Assembly: GCA_945910225.1 (NCBI GenBank)
Contig: CAMDYG010000009.1
Span: 35 to 64,034 of the forward strand
Reading direction: 5' to 3'
Length of the DNA stretch: 64,000 nt
Source: an uncultured Eubacterium sp.
Lineage (GTDB): Bacteria > Bacillota > Clostridia > Lachnospirales > Lachnospiraceae
In this document: positions 41,047-51,149 of the stretch, in pieces
Position numbering within the stretch: position 1 is the first letter of the stretch
How the letters are laid out: every line of letters begins with the position of its first letter
Program-made: the position numbers and the translations under genes
Notes under the pieces: model-generated
The model's input: only the letters and a program-made list of their open reading frames with translations
Told to the model about the DNA's origin: nothing
Database searches by the model: none

Positions 41047-42747
41047 ATGAAAAAGAAACCGATGAAAATATCAGCAATTTTAATGATGCTGATATTAATA
41101 GCTGCGTCAGCGGCTTTTCCAGTTAAAGCGGTTGCTGATGGTGGTAATTCACAGGCGGCTGGTTTTACTGTTGGAATAATTCTTGATGATGCAGCAAGTG
41201 GCAGTGATTATAATGCTGCATATCAGAAAGACTATGGTAAGTTACAATACACATATGATAATAACACATGGTATGACATCAATGTTTCAAGTGCCAATGT
41301 GACAGTAAGCAAAAGTGATAATGGTAATGGCAGACTGAAATATACACTTGTGGTTAGTGATAATAGTGTTAAGGTTAAATGCAGTGCTGTTTCAGGGAAA
41401 AGAGCTGTATCAACAGGTGCCCAGTTAAGTGGAAATGGGGAAATTACATTTACATCTGGGGCGGAAACGCATATTGAATTTAAGGATGATGCGGGACAAG
41501 GTGGACAGAATCCACCAGTACAGGGAAATCATATTGATATCCGTGTAGACGGACTGGCAGATAATAACGCTAAAGTACAGTATAAGTTAAAAAATGCATC
41601 TGTATGGGAAGATCTTACAGCTGGAATGAAATCAATACAATATACAGAAGGAGATGTGTATGTTGTAAAGGTAACATATGATGAATCAAAATATATGGTT
41701 CAGAATCCGGATGGATTATTATCTGGAGATGGTGTACTTAAGAATGGAAGAGAATATGAGATAAAGAATAGCGGGGAATATGCTATTCAGATAGACAGGA
41801 AGGTTAATACAGTTACCTGGAATAGTGATGACAGGCTGGGTGAAGATGCTAAAGTATCTCACGGAACAGTAGAGATTCTTTCCGCTGTTAAACCTGGAGA
41901 GACAGGTCAATGGTCAGGTCTTACGCCGGTAGAGGGGAATAACAGCCAGAATAATAAAGATGGCAGGGTCGTTATTGAACCGGGAAGTATAGTTACAGTA
42001 AAGCTTACTCCAGAATATGGTTATCAGTTTGTAGCGGGTTCGCTTAATGGAAATACAGTAACAGCAGGAAGCGATATAAGTACATTTACATTTACGATGC
42101 CAGATACTAATCTGCATCTCAGTGCAGTATTTGCCAAGACAGATGACATATGCAGTGTGCAGGCAGATGGAATAGAAAGTGCTTCTATTGCAGGAGGAGC
42201 ATCAGTTATAGCATCAGGTAATCTCAGACTTACAGTTAAAGATTCCGAATTAACAGATGTACAGAAGGCGACAATGGGAAACAGCAGTGCAGGACAAGGA
42301 GTAACATTAAGCAGCTGGGTTGAACTTGATCTTGAGCAGATAGTTAATAAGGGTAATACAACAGATGTATGGACTAATAAGCTGGAGGAATTAAACAATA
42401 AAGTTACAATAACTCTAAATGTAGGAAAAGGACTTGATGCATCTAAGGAATATGTTGTTATAAGAGAACATAAAGGTGAATATGAGAAACTTCCTGCTAC
42501 ATACAACAAAGCTGAAGGAACACTTACATTCCAGTCAGATCGTTTTTCTGAGTATGCCATAGGAACAGTTGAAAAATCTGCAGAGATAACAACAGGAGGA
42601 GATACAACAGAAGGAGATACAACCGGGCAGCAGTCAGAGGATGTAACAAAGACAGGTGACAGCAATGCAATATACTACATCAGTATTATGATGCTTGTTG
42701 CTGGAGCCGCGTTGATTGTATCTTTGAAAAAACTTCAAAAATTATAA
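41047..42747 (+). CDS. Secreted cell-wall-anchored beta-rich protein
   Basis: Signal peptide, InlB-B-repeat-like segment (VTVKLTPEYGYQF...FTMPDTNLHLSAVF), and a C-terminal KTGD motif plus TM plus KK tail (sortase-type signal). Confidence 0.8.
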   Translation: MKKKPMKISAILMMLILIAASAAFPVKAVADGGNSQAAGFTVGIILDDAASGSDYNAAYQKDYGKLQYTYDNNTWYDINVSSANVTVSKSDNGNGRLKYTLVVSDNSVKVKCSAVSGKRAVSTGAQLSGNGEITFTSGAETHIEFKDDAGQGGQNPPVQGNHIDIRVDGLADNNAKVQYKLKNASVWEDLTAGMKSIQYTEGDVYVVKVTYDESKYMVQNPDGLLSGDGVLKNGREYEIKNSGEYAIQIDRKVNTVTWNSDDRLGEDAKVSHGTVEILSAVKPGETGQWSGLTPVEGNNSQNNKDGRVVIEPGSIVTVKLTPEYGYQFVAGSLNGNTVTAGSDISTFTFTMPDTNLHLSAVFAKTDDICSVQADGIESASIAGGASVIASGNLRLTVKDSELTDVQKATMGNSSAGQGVTLSSWVELDLEQIVNKGNTTDVWTNKLEELNNKVTITLNVGKGLDASKEYVVIREHKGEYEKLPATYNKAEGTLTFQSDRFSEYAIGTVEKSAEITTGGDTTEGDTTGQQSEDVTKTGDSNAIYYISIMMLVAGAALIVSLKKLQKL

Positions 42748-42825
42748 AATATGTGGCTTTAAATTGCAGTTTTATGATATATTATATACGAATAAACATA
42801 TAGAATGGTTTAAGGAAGTGATAAT

Positions 42826-43215
42826 ATGTCAGATGCTGCACACATGTTAATGAATAAGATTGAGAACCTTAAGAGATTTGGAATAGACATATCCAATTCA
42901 AAGTTTAAAAATAACGATTTAGAAGATGTGAGGGTTATGTCAGCTTATATACGCGAAGTTATGGAGTTTTTCGGCAGTTTTGATTTTAAGAGGCTTGAAC
43001 AGACATTAGCTAACGCGCAGTGGCAGGCATCAGCGACATCAATAACAAGGCTTGAACAGAAGGCACAGGAACTTGGAATCAACAGCTTTCTTAAGCCGTT
43101 TGAGGGAATAAGGGTTTCAATTATACAGAAAAATATGAGATCAGCACGCCAGAGCCTGGTAGTTGCTAACAATAAGAAATCTCAGATAATACGTTATATA
43201 GGGCAGTCAAGATAG
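42826..43215 (+). CDS. Hypothetical helical protein, HPt-like
   Basis: Good RBS. L..FGID start and ...ITRLEQKAQELG resemble the HPt pattern, but the His is missing. Confidence 0.6.
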   Translation: MSDAAHMLMNKIENLKRFGIDISNSKFKNNDLEDVRVMSAYIREVMEFFGSFDFKRLEQTLANAQWQASATSITRLEQKAQELGINSFLKPFEGIRVSIIQKNMRSARQSLVVANNKKSQIIRYIGQSR

Positions 43216-43343
43216 GCTGCTCTATATTTTTGCAATAAAATAACGTGATACGACAAAATTTTAACAAATGTCTTGAATTATTAATAAAAATAAGATAAAA
43301 TATTTATAAAATAAAATCAATCAATTGATTGGAGGCGTGAACA

Positions 43344-44441
43344 ATGTTATTTCAACTTTATGGCAGCACAGCAATGACCCAGTTGCTTGGATGGGTGCTT
43401 GTGTTTGCGGGATTAGTTATTCTCAATGAATTGGGACGTCGTACTAAGATAGGCGGTATAATAATGTTTGTTGTTATACCAGCAATCCTGACAGTTTACT
43501 TCATTGGAATTCAGGCAGGTCTGTTTGGAGGACATAACAACCAGACATATGAGTATATGAATGGATGGTTTCATTATGCTAAGTTATATGCAGCAGATAT
43601 TGGAGTTGTTGGTTTCCTTATGCTCAAGTACAAGTGGGGACTTGGTAAGAAACAGTGGTTTAAGCCATGGCCATTTGTAATCGTTGCGATTAATATTCTT
43701 ATTGCTGTTGCATCTGATTTTGAATCAGCAATAAGAGCATACCAGATTACCGGAGATTTCTCTGGTGCATGGTGGGCATCTAACGAAGGTGTATTCCTTT
43801 ATGGCGGCTGGTGGAATATCGTTAATGGTATTGCCGGACTTATCAATATTTTCTGTATGACGGGATGGTGGGGAATATATTCATCTAAGAAGAAAGATGA
43901 TATGCTCTGGCCAGATATGACAATATGGTTTATTGTTGCATACGATATCTGGAATTTCGAGTATACATACTGTAACCTTCCAACACATACATGGTACTGT
44001 GGTGTTGCTCTTCTTCTTGCTCCTACATTTGCTAATGCATTATGGAACAAGGGTGGCTGGATTCAGAACAGAGCAATGACACTTGCTACATGGTGTATGT
44101 TTGCACAGGTATTACCATTATTCCAGCTTAGCAATGCATTCAGTGTATTGCCTTCATTGTATGGTGGAGCAACTAAGGCTGGAGTTAAGGCACTTGATCT
44201 TTACAATGCGGCTATTACATGCCACAACACGGGAGCGAGTGCAGGAGATGCAATCGCAAACTTTGGCATAACAGCTAATCCGACAGCACAGGGTGTTGTT
44301 GCAATGCTTGCATTAGTAGCGAATGTAATCTGCATTTCAGTTATTATCAAGCGTTCAATTGAACAGAAGAAGTGTCCATATACTAAGGAAATCTGGGTTG
44401 GTACAAGAGATTACGATCAGGCTATGTCAAGAGCAGAGTAA
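43344..44441 (+). CDS. DUF5692-like polytopic membrane protein
   Basis: WFHYAKLYAA, INILIAVASDFE, DMLWPDM..WFI.AYD.WNF.Y and WIQNRA.TL. Confidence 0.8.
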   Translation: MLFQLYGSTAMTQLLGWVLVFAGLVILNELGRRTKIGGIIMFVVIPAILTVYFIGIQAGLFGGHNNQTYEYMNGWFHYAKLYAADIGVVGFLMLKYKWGLGKKQWFKPWPFVIVAINILIAVASDFESAIRAYQITGDFSGAWWASNEGVFLYGGWWNIVNGIAGLINIFCMTGWWGIYSSKKKDDMLWPDMTIWFIVAYDIWNFEYTYCNLPTHTWYCGVALLLAPTFANALWNKGGWIQNRAMTLATWCMFAQVLPLFQLSNAFSVLPSLYGGATKAGVKALDLYNAAITCHNTGASAGDAIANFGITANPTAQGVVAMLALVANVICISVIIKRSIEQKKCPYTKEIWVGTRDYDQAMSRAE

Positions 44442-44583
44442 TCTGATAAGCAGAATTTAATGATTGAATAATTAATAATAAAGAACATCACTGACAGATA
44501 AGAGCATATAATATGCATATCTTGAAGTGGTGTTCTTTTTTGTGTATAATGAAGAAACCAAAAAATGTAAGGAGATGGGAATT

Positions 44584-45189
44584 ATGAATGGTATTTATAA
44601 GAAGTTGAAAACAATAAAACTGGAAATAATAATAGTAGCTGTTGCATTATTTGTGTTAGGACTGTTTCTGGTAATATTTCCGGCAGCATCACAGGAAATA
44701 ATATGCAAGGCGATTGGAGTTGCACTATGTGTATGGGGAGTGCTCAGATTAATTAATTATTTCAGGATTGCAGGTAATGAAGTACTTGGATCATATGGAC
44801 TTGTCCAGGGAGTTACGCTTTTGGCATTTGGAATGTTTTTTGTAATCAAACCTCAGGTTATAGGGGTGTTCCTCGGAACAGCACTTGCTATAATAATTAT
44901 TGTTGATGGAATACTTAAGTTACAGTATGCAGTTGATTTCTATCATCTTCAGTCAGACAAATGGTGGATTGAGCTGATAGGTGCTGTATTTATGGTCGTT
45001 ATTGGCGTGATAGCGCTGTTAAATCCATTTTCTACAACAACAGCACTTACAGTGTTTATTGGAATTGCACTTATGGTAGAAGGAGTATGGGATTTTATAT
45101 CTCTTATGAGAATTGTTTCAGTAACAAAGAAAGCGGGAAAGGCAATATCCAACATAAAAGACCAGATGGATGCGGTTGATATGAAATAA
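44584..45189 (+). CDS. HdeD/DUF308 family membrane protein
   Basis: Six TM helices with repeated G...LL.P and G..L..DG patterns. Confidence 0.8.
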   Translation: MNGIYKKLKTIKLEIIIVAVALFVLGLFLVIFPAASQEIICKAIGVALCVWGVLRLINYFRIAGNEVLGSYGLVQGVTLLAFGMFFVIKPQVIGVFLGTALAIIIIVDGILKLQYAVDFYHLQSDKWWIELIGAVFMVVIGVIALLNPFSTTTALTVFIGIALMVEGVWDFISLMRIVSVTKKAGKAISNIKDQMDAVDMK

Positions 45190-45216
45190 TATACAGAAAT
45201 GAGGGCAGAGAAAGTA

Positions 45217-46497
45217 ATGAGCAGAAAGATCTATGCAGCAATATTAGGAGCAGGAACAGTTGGAACCGGAGTATATAAGTTATGCCAGAGTATGAAAGAA
45301 GATGTTGTTAGTAAAACGGGAGCAGAACTTGTAATTAAGAAGGTTCTTGTGAGAAATCTTGCTAAAGACAGAGAACCAATAGACAGACAATTACTTACAG
45401 ACAACTGGAAAGATATCATAGAAGATAAAGAAATAGAGATTGTCATAGAACTTATGGGTGGTATTGAACCAGCAAGACAATATATACTGGAGGCTCTTAA
45501 TGCTGGGAAGCAGGTCGTAACAGCTAATAAGGATCTTCTTGCGGAGTGCGGAGAGGAAATTATGGGAACAGCAGACAGAATGCATGCTGATCTTCAGTTT
45601 GAAGCGGCAGTTGCAGGTGCTATACCTATAATAAGACCATTAAAGCAGAGCATGGCAGGTAACAGTATCACAGAGATTATTGGTATTGTTAACGGAACAA
45701 CTAATTATATCCTTACCAAGATGACAGAGTCAGGAATGAATTACAAGGATGCTCTTGCCAAGGCTACAGAACTAGGTTATGCAGAAGCAGATCCAACAGC
45801 AGATGTTGAAGGATATGATGCAGGACGAAAGATGGCTATTATGTCGTCAATTGCATTTAATTCAAGGGTAACATTTAACCAGGTATATACGGAGGGTATC
45901 ACTAAGATTACCGCGGAAGATATTAAATATGCCAAGGAATTCGGCTATGTAATCAAGCTTCTTGGTCTTGCAAGAAATACAGAAGATGGAATTGAAGTTA
46001 AGGTTCACCCTATGCTTATAGATGAGAATCATCCGCTTGCTACAGTAAGAGATTCATTCAATGCAGTATTTGTTCGAGGAGATGCTAGTGATGATACTAT
46101 GTTTATGGGAAGAGGCGCAGGACAGATGCCAACAGCTTCTGCTGTTATGGGAGATATAATTGATGTCTGCCGTAATATTGTTCATGGCTCATGTGGCAAG
46201 ATTGGCTGCTCATGTTATAAAAAGCTTAATGTTAAGGATATATCTGAAACTAAGAGCAAATTCTTCTTAAGAATAGAAGCATTAGACAAACAGGGAGTTC
46301 TTGCAAATATTGCAAGTGTACTTGGAAATAATGATGTAAGTATTGCACAGGTAGTCCAGAAGAGCCGTAAGGATGGAGTGGCAGAACTTGTTATTATCAC
46401 AGATGACGTTGCAGAAAAGAATTTTAATGATGCAATGACAGTTTTTGACGGACTTTCAGTGGTTAAAGAAATTGCAGGTGTGATAAGAGTATATTAA
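45217..46497 (+). CDS. hom: Homoserine dehydrogenase with ACT domain
   Basis: LGAGTVGTG, VVTANK, FEAAVAG.IP, GIVNGTTNYIL, GYAEADPT.DVEG.D and a C-terminal ACT domain. Confidence 0.96.
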   Translation: MSRKIYAAILGAGTVGTGVYKLCQSMKEDVVSKTGAELVIKKVLVRNLAKDREPIDRQLLTDNWKDIIEDKEIEIVIELMGGIEPARQYILEALNAGKQVVTANKDLLAECGEEIMGTADRMHADLQFEAAVAGAIPIIRPLKQSMAGNSITEIIGIVNGTTNYILTKMTESGMNYKDALAKATELGYAEADPTADVEGYDAGRKMAIMSSIAFNSRVTFNQVYTEGITKITAEDIKYAKEFGYVIKLLGLARNTEDGIEVKVHPMLIDENHPLATVRDSFNAVFVRGDASDDTMFMGRGAGQMPTASAVMGDIIDVCRNIVHGSCGKIGCSCYKKLNVKDISETKSKFFLRIEALDKQGVLANIASVLGNNDVSIAQVVQKSRKDGVAELVIITDDVAEKNFNDAMTVFDGLSVVKEIAGVIRVY

Positions 46498-46531
46498 CTG
46501 CATATTAAATGTGTGAATAGGTGAGGAATAT

Positions 46532-47158
46532 ATGGCTAAGAAATATTATGCTGTGCGAGTAGGAAAAGTTCCCGGGATATATCAGACATGGGATGAGTGT
46601 AAGAAGAACGTACATGGCTTTCCGGCAGCTGAATATAAGAGTTTTACATCCATGGAAGAGGCGAAGGCCTATATGGGGCAGGAGGCTGTACAGGAAATTA
46701 ATGGAAAAAACGGGAATGGCAATATGGAAGATGTAATGCCTGATGATGATTATGCATTTGTCGATGGATCTTTTAATATTGCAACCGGAGTATATGGATA
46801 TGGCGGTTTTCTTATGCATGATGGTGTAAGATATGAACTGTCAGGTAATGGCAGCGACAAAGAGATGGCATCTATGCGTAATGTTGCAGGAGAGATTCTT
46901 GGAAGCATGGCTGCAATACAAAAGGCAACAGAATTAGGACTTAAAGATGTTTCTGTATTCTATGATTATGCAGGTATCAAGGCATGGGCAGCAGGAGAAT
47001 GGAAGAGAAACAAAAAAGGAACTATAGAATATTATAATTATATCCAGTCGGTAAAAGAAAAGATTACCATAAGATTCGTGAAAGTAAGAGGCCATTCAGG
47101 AGTTGAAGGTAATGAGGAGGCTGACAGGCTGGCAAAGAGAGCAGTAGGGTTGTGTTAG
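46532..47158 (+). CDS. rnhA: Ribonuclease HI with N-terminal hybrid-binding (caulimovirus VI) domain
   Basis: KYYAVRVG..PGIY.TW.EC, FVDGS, RNVAGE and KVRGHSGVEGNEEAD.LA. Confidence 0.92.
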   Translation: MAKKYYAVRVGKVPGIYQTWDECKKNVHGFPAAEYKSFTSMEEAKAYMGQEAVQEINGKNGNGNMEDVMPDDDYAFVDGSFNIATGVYGYGGFLMHDGVRYELSGNGSDKEMASMRNVAGEILGSMAAIQKATELGLKDVSVFYDYAGIKAWAAGEWKRNKKGTIEYYNYIQSVKEKITIRFVKVRGHSGVEGNEEADRLAKRAVGLC

Positions 47159-47159
47159 G

Positions 47160-47720
47160 TAAGACTTCCGGACAAACTAAGCTGCATAATAATAAGCATT
47201 GAGCAATGAAATTTGTTTATGTGTCCGTTACGCCGCCAACGCACATCCGTGTGCGTGGCAGCTCACGCGTCCGTCCATGGACGCGTGTACACTAGACTAT
47301 ATACATGCTCAATGCTTTTATTATGCGCATAGTTTGTAGTCAGTCTGTACCTGACACAACCTACTGCTATATCTCCAAATGGCGGACTACCATATACAGA
47401 ATTTATTACAGTGCTAAAAAACAACGCGCTTCGCTTGGACGCGTTTTTTAGCACTGAATTTTTGTATATGGCAGTCCTAACTCCCACACAGCTCGTAAAA
47501 AATCAAGCTTGTGTTACGACAGCGTACCACTTGGAAAATAGACTGACACAACATGCGGGAGAGATGGTACACTAGACTATATACATGCTCAATGCTTTTA
47601 TTATGCGCATAGTTTGTAGTCAGTCTGTACCTGACACAACCTACTGCTATATCTCCAAATGGCGGACTACCATATACAGAAGTTATGGCAGTCCTAACTC
47701 CCACACAGCTCGTAAAAATA
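47160..47720. repeat. Nested palindromic intergenic repeat with a 280-bp-offset direct duplication
   Basis: 47287-47401 is identical to 47567-47681, and 47467-47501 to 47684-47718. Multiple GC-rich hairpins. Shares arms with 3627-3739. Confidence 0.88.
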
Positions 47721-47813
47721 TTGTTGACAAATCCTCTTATGAGTAATAACATATAAACATACCAAACAAGTATGATATAGAAAATGATAGATATTATATG
47801 GGAGGATATGGTG

Positions 47814-48440
47814 ATGAGAAATATTTTGTTTTTTGGAGATTCTAATACTTACGGATATAAGCCTGATAAGTCAGGAAGATATGATTTTGATGTAAGATGG
47901 ACAGGAAGAATATCTAAAATACTTGGAAGTGAATATAATGTTATTGAAGAAGGATTGTGCGGAAGAACAACTATATTTCCAGATGCTGTAAGAGATGCAA
48001 GAAAGGGAATTGACCTTATCGGGGTGGTTGTAGAATCGCATAAACCTGTGGATGTTGTATCTATCATGCTTGGAACGAATGACTGCAAGACAGAATTTCA
48101 TGCTGATGCTGCAGCAATAGCAAAGGGAATGGAAGCAGTTGCAAGAAAGGCTAAAGAGACAGCCGGAGAACAGGCAAAGATTGTAATAGTTTCTCCGATA
48201 CTCCTTGGAAAAGGTGTTGGGGAAGACGGATTTGATCCTGAATTTAATGAAAGTTCGGAGAATGTTTCAAAGCAACTAGCAAGGGAATATAAGAAGGTGG
48301 CGAAAGAGAGCGGGTTTTATTATTTTGATGCAGCCAGTGTTGCTGTGCCAAGCGAGATTGACAGACAGCATCTTGATGAAGAAGGACATAGAATATTTGC
48401 AGAAAAATATAGTGATTTTTTGTTGACAGAAGTTTTATAG
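47814..48440 (+). CDS. SGNH/GDSL hydrolase (arylesterase-like)
   Basis: FGDSNT, EEGLCGRT, MLGTND and D..H. Confidence 0.92.
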   Translation: MRNILFFGDSNTYGYKPDKSGRYDFDVRWTGRISKILGSEYNVIEEGLCGRTTIFPDAVRDARKGIDLIGVVVESHKPVDVVSIMLGTNDCKTEFHADAAAIAKGMEAVARKAKETAGEQAKIVIVSPILLGKGVGEDGFDPEFNESSENVSKQLAREYKKVAKESGFYYFDAASVAVPSEIDRQHLDEEGHRIFAEKYSDFLLTEVL

Positions 48441-48480
48441 GTGTTATAATGACATTGAACATATGAATGAATGTTCATAT
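48423..48480 (+). promoter_or_regulatory. Promoter with SmtB/ArsR-type operator
   Basis: TTGACA-16-TATAAT followed by the palindrome ATATGAATGAATGTTCATAT (48461-48480), resembling the SmtB/CzrA/CadC 12-2-12 box. Confidence 0.8.
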
Positions 48481-48530
48481 GAAAGAGTTTTGATTAATCA
48501 ATGAATTTATTTTATTTAAAGGAGATTATT

Positions 48531-48749
48531 ATGAAGAAGACTTATAAGATTGATGTTGATTGTGCTAACTGTGCTAACAAGATGGAAGATGCTGCTAAGA
48601 ATACAGCAGGAGTCAAGGATGCTACTGTTAATTTCATGGCACTTAAGATGATTGTTGAGTTTGAGGACGGACAGGATCCTAAGATTGTTATGCAGGATGT
48701 GCTTAAGAACTGTAAGAAAGTAGAAGATGATTGCGAGATATATCTGTAA
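48531..48749 (+). CDS. Small heavy-metal-associated domain protein
   Basis: VDCANCANKME. Equivalent to a detached N-terminal HMA domain of CadA. Confidence 0.88.
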   Translation: MKKTYKIDVDCANCANKMEDAAKNTAGVKDATVNFMALKMIVEFEDGQDPKIVMQDVLKNCKKVEDDCEIYL

Positions 48750-48789
48750 TCTAAAGCTGTGAGATTATTCCGGCAGATTGGAGTAGAAT

Positions 48790-50685
48790 ATGAATAAAAA
48801 GCAGAAAAAGATGCTTATAAGAATCATTATTGCTGCTGTTCTTATGATTGGCTTCAAGATTTTAAGCGCATTTGTTGATATTCCTACAGTTATTCTTTTT
48901 ATAATGTACATGGTTCCATATGTTGTTATTGGATATGACATTTTAAGAAAAGCGGTTAAGGGAATTCTTAACAAGCAGGTATTTGATGAGAATTTTCTTA
49001 TGGCAGTTGCAACTGTCGGTGCGATTATAATTGCACTTGTGGATGATGGCGATTTTACTGAAGCTATTGCGGTTATGCTCTTTTACCAGATTGGTGAGCT
49101 GTTCCAGAATATTGCAGTTGGAAAGAGCCGTAAGAACATAAGCGAGCTTATGGATATCAGACCTGATTATGCTAACATTGAGGTAGATGGTAAGCTTGAG
49201 CAGGTGGATCCTGATGAGGTTGAGGTTGGTACAATTATTGTTGTTCAGCCAGGAGAGAAAGTTCCTATTGATGGTATTATTGAAGATGGTAGTACAACAC
49301 TTAATACAAGCGCACTTACAGGTGAAAGCCTTCCTAGACAGGCAAAGGCTGGTGATGAGGTAATAAGCGGTTGTATTAATATGTCAGGTGTGCTTAAGAT
49401 CCGCACAACTAAGGAATTTGGCGAGTCTACAGTATCTAAGATACTTGATCTTGTTGAGAACGCAAGTTCCAAGAAGTCACGTTCAGAGAATTTCATTAGT
49501 AAATTTGCTAAGATATATACACCAGCAGTCTGTTATGGTGCACTGGCACTTGCTATAATCCCACCGCTTGTAAGCATGATATTCCTTGGAATATCTCCTC
49601 AGTGGGGAGTGTGGATATATAGGGCACTTACATTTTTAGTAATAAGCTGTCCTTGTGCACTTGTCATCAGTATTCCGCTTAGTTTCTTTGCCGGAATCGG
49701 TGGTGCTAGTAATCAGGGCGTTCTTGTAAAGGGTTCAAGTTATCTTGAAGCTCTTGCAGAGACTGATGTTGTTGTATTTGATAAGACAGGAACAATGACA
49801 CAGGGAGTATTTGAGGTCAGTGGAGTATACAATAATACTATTGACCAGGATGAACTTATTAAATATGCTGCATTTGCAGAAAGCTATTCAACACACCCTA
49901 TAAGCAAGAGTCTGCAGAAGGCCTACGGAAGAGAGATTGACAAGACACTGGTTACTGATGTCGAGGAAATCAGCGGAGAAGGTGTTAAAGCCAATGTATC
50001 AGGACATGAAGTGGCAGCAGGTAACAGAAAGCTTATGAGAAGACTTGGGCTTGAATATGCAGAATGTAACGAGGTCGGAACTCAGGTTCATGTGGCAGTT
50101 GACGGATCATATGCAGGACTTATCCTTATATCAGATCTGTTAAAGCCTCATGCAAAGCAGGCTATAGAAGAACTTAAGAAAGCAGGAGTTCACAAGACAG
50201 TAATGCTTACGGGTGACGCTAAGAATGTAGCGGATGCTGTGGCAAAGGAACTTGATATAGATGCTGTATTCAGTGAATTACTTCCAGCAGATAAGGTTTC
50301 CAAGGTTGAAGAATTATTAATCCAGAAGAAGCCAAAAGAAAAGCTTGCATTTGTAGGTGACGGTATCAATGATGCTCCTGTTCTTTCAAGAGCAGATATT
50401 GGAATAGCAATGGGAGCGTTAGGAAGTGACGCCGCCATAGAAGCAGCAGATATAGTATTAATGGATGATGATCCGTTAAAGATATCTAAGGCAATAAAGA
50501 TATCAAGGAAATGCTTGAGAATTGTTTACGAGAACATTTATTTTGCAATAGGTGTAAAGCTTATATGCTTAGTGCTTGGTGCATTAGGCATAGTCAACAT
50601 GTGGGTAGCAATATTCGCAGATGTAGGAGTAATGGTAATAGCTGTAATCAACGCAATAAGAGCATTATTTGTAAAGAACTTATAA
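48790..50685 (+). CDS. cadA: Cd/Zn/Pb-translocating P1B-type ATPase
   Basis: FDENFLM, TGES, SCPCAL, DKTGT, STHP and GDGINDAP. Confidence 0.92.
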   Translation: MNKKQKKMLIRIIIAAVLMIGFKILSAFVDIPTVILFIMYMVPYVVIGYDILRKAVKGILNKQVFDENFLMAVATVGAIIIALVDDGDFTEAIAVMLFYQIGELFQNIAVGKSRKNISELMDIRPDYANIEVDGKLEQVDPDEVEVGTIIVVQPGEKVPIDGIIEDGSTTLNTSALTGESLPRQAKAGDEVISGCINMSGVLKIRTTKEFGESTVSKILDLVENASSKKSRSENFISKFAKIYTPAVCYGALALAIIPPLVSMIFLGISPQWGVWIYRALTFLVISCPCALVISIPLSFFAGIGGASNQGVLVKGSSYLEALAETDVVVFDKTGTMTQGVFEVSGVYNNTIDQDELIKYAAFAESYSTHPISKSLQKAYGREIDKTLVTDVEEISGEGVKANVSGHEVAAGNRKLMRRLGLEYAECNEVGTQVHVAVDGSYAGLILISDLLKPHAKQAIEELKKAGVHKTVMLTGDAKNVADAVAKELDIDAVFSELLPADKVSKVEELLIQKKPKEKLAFVGDGINDAPVLSRADIGIAMGALGSDAAIEAADIVLMDDDPLKISKAIKISRKCLRIVYENIYFAIGVKLICLVLGALGIVNMWVAIFADVGVMVIAVINAIRALFVKNL

Positions 50686-50701
50686 AGAAAGAGGTAATAT
50701 A

Positions 50702-51061
50702 ATGGCAGATTGTGAATGCTGTGAGTCAGTAGAAGTACACGAGGAATTATTAAAGATAGTGAATGAAACAATGCCAGATGAGAATGAATTATACGACCTT
50801 GCGGAATTATTCAAGGTATTCGGTGATTCAACAAGAATAAGAATATTGTATGTATTATTTGAGGCAGAAGTGTGCGTGTGTGACTTAGCACAGGCTCTCA
50901 ATATGACTCAGTCAGCAATATCTCATCAGCTAAGAATATTAAAGCAGAACAAGTTAGTAAAGAACAGAAGAGAAGGTAAATCAATATTCTATTCACTTGC
51001 AGATGACCATGTAAGAAGTATAATCGCGCAGGGAAGAGAACATATTGAGGAAGATTTGTAA
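50702..51061 (+). CDS. ArsR/SmtB family metal-sensing repressor
   Basis: LAELFKVFGDSTRIRIL, EVCVCDLA..SAISHQL and alpha5 DDHV...HIEE. Confidence 0.93.
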   Translation: MADCECCESVEVHEELLKIVNETMPDENELYDLAELFKVFGDSTRIRILYVLFEAEVCVCDLAQALNMTQSAISHQLRILKQNKLVKNRREGKSIFYSLADDHVRSIIAQGREHIEEDL

Positions 51062-51149
51062 GTCCTGATATGATTGAAGCTTCAGGAAGTTATTGATTGT
51101 CCGACTTGATGCATGGATAACGCACGATATGAGTTACGAAAGCTGCAAA

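Noticed and set aside
47263-47752. ORFs 47263..47487 and 47477..47752 with a shared peptide
   Set aside because: The shared peptide simply reflects the 280-bp-offset DNA duplication. There is no RBS or domain.
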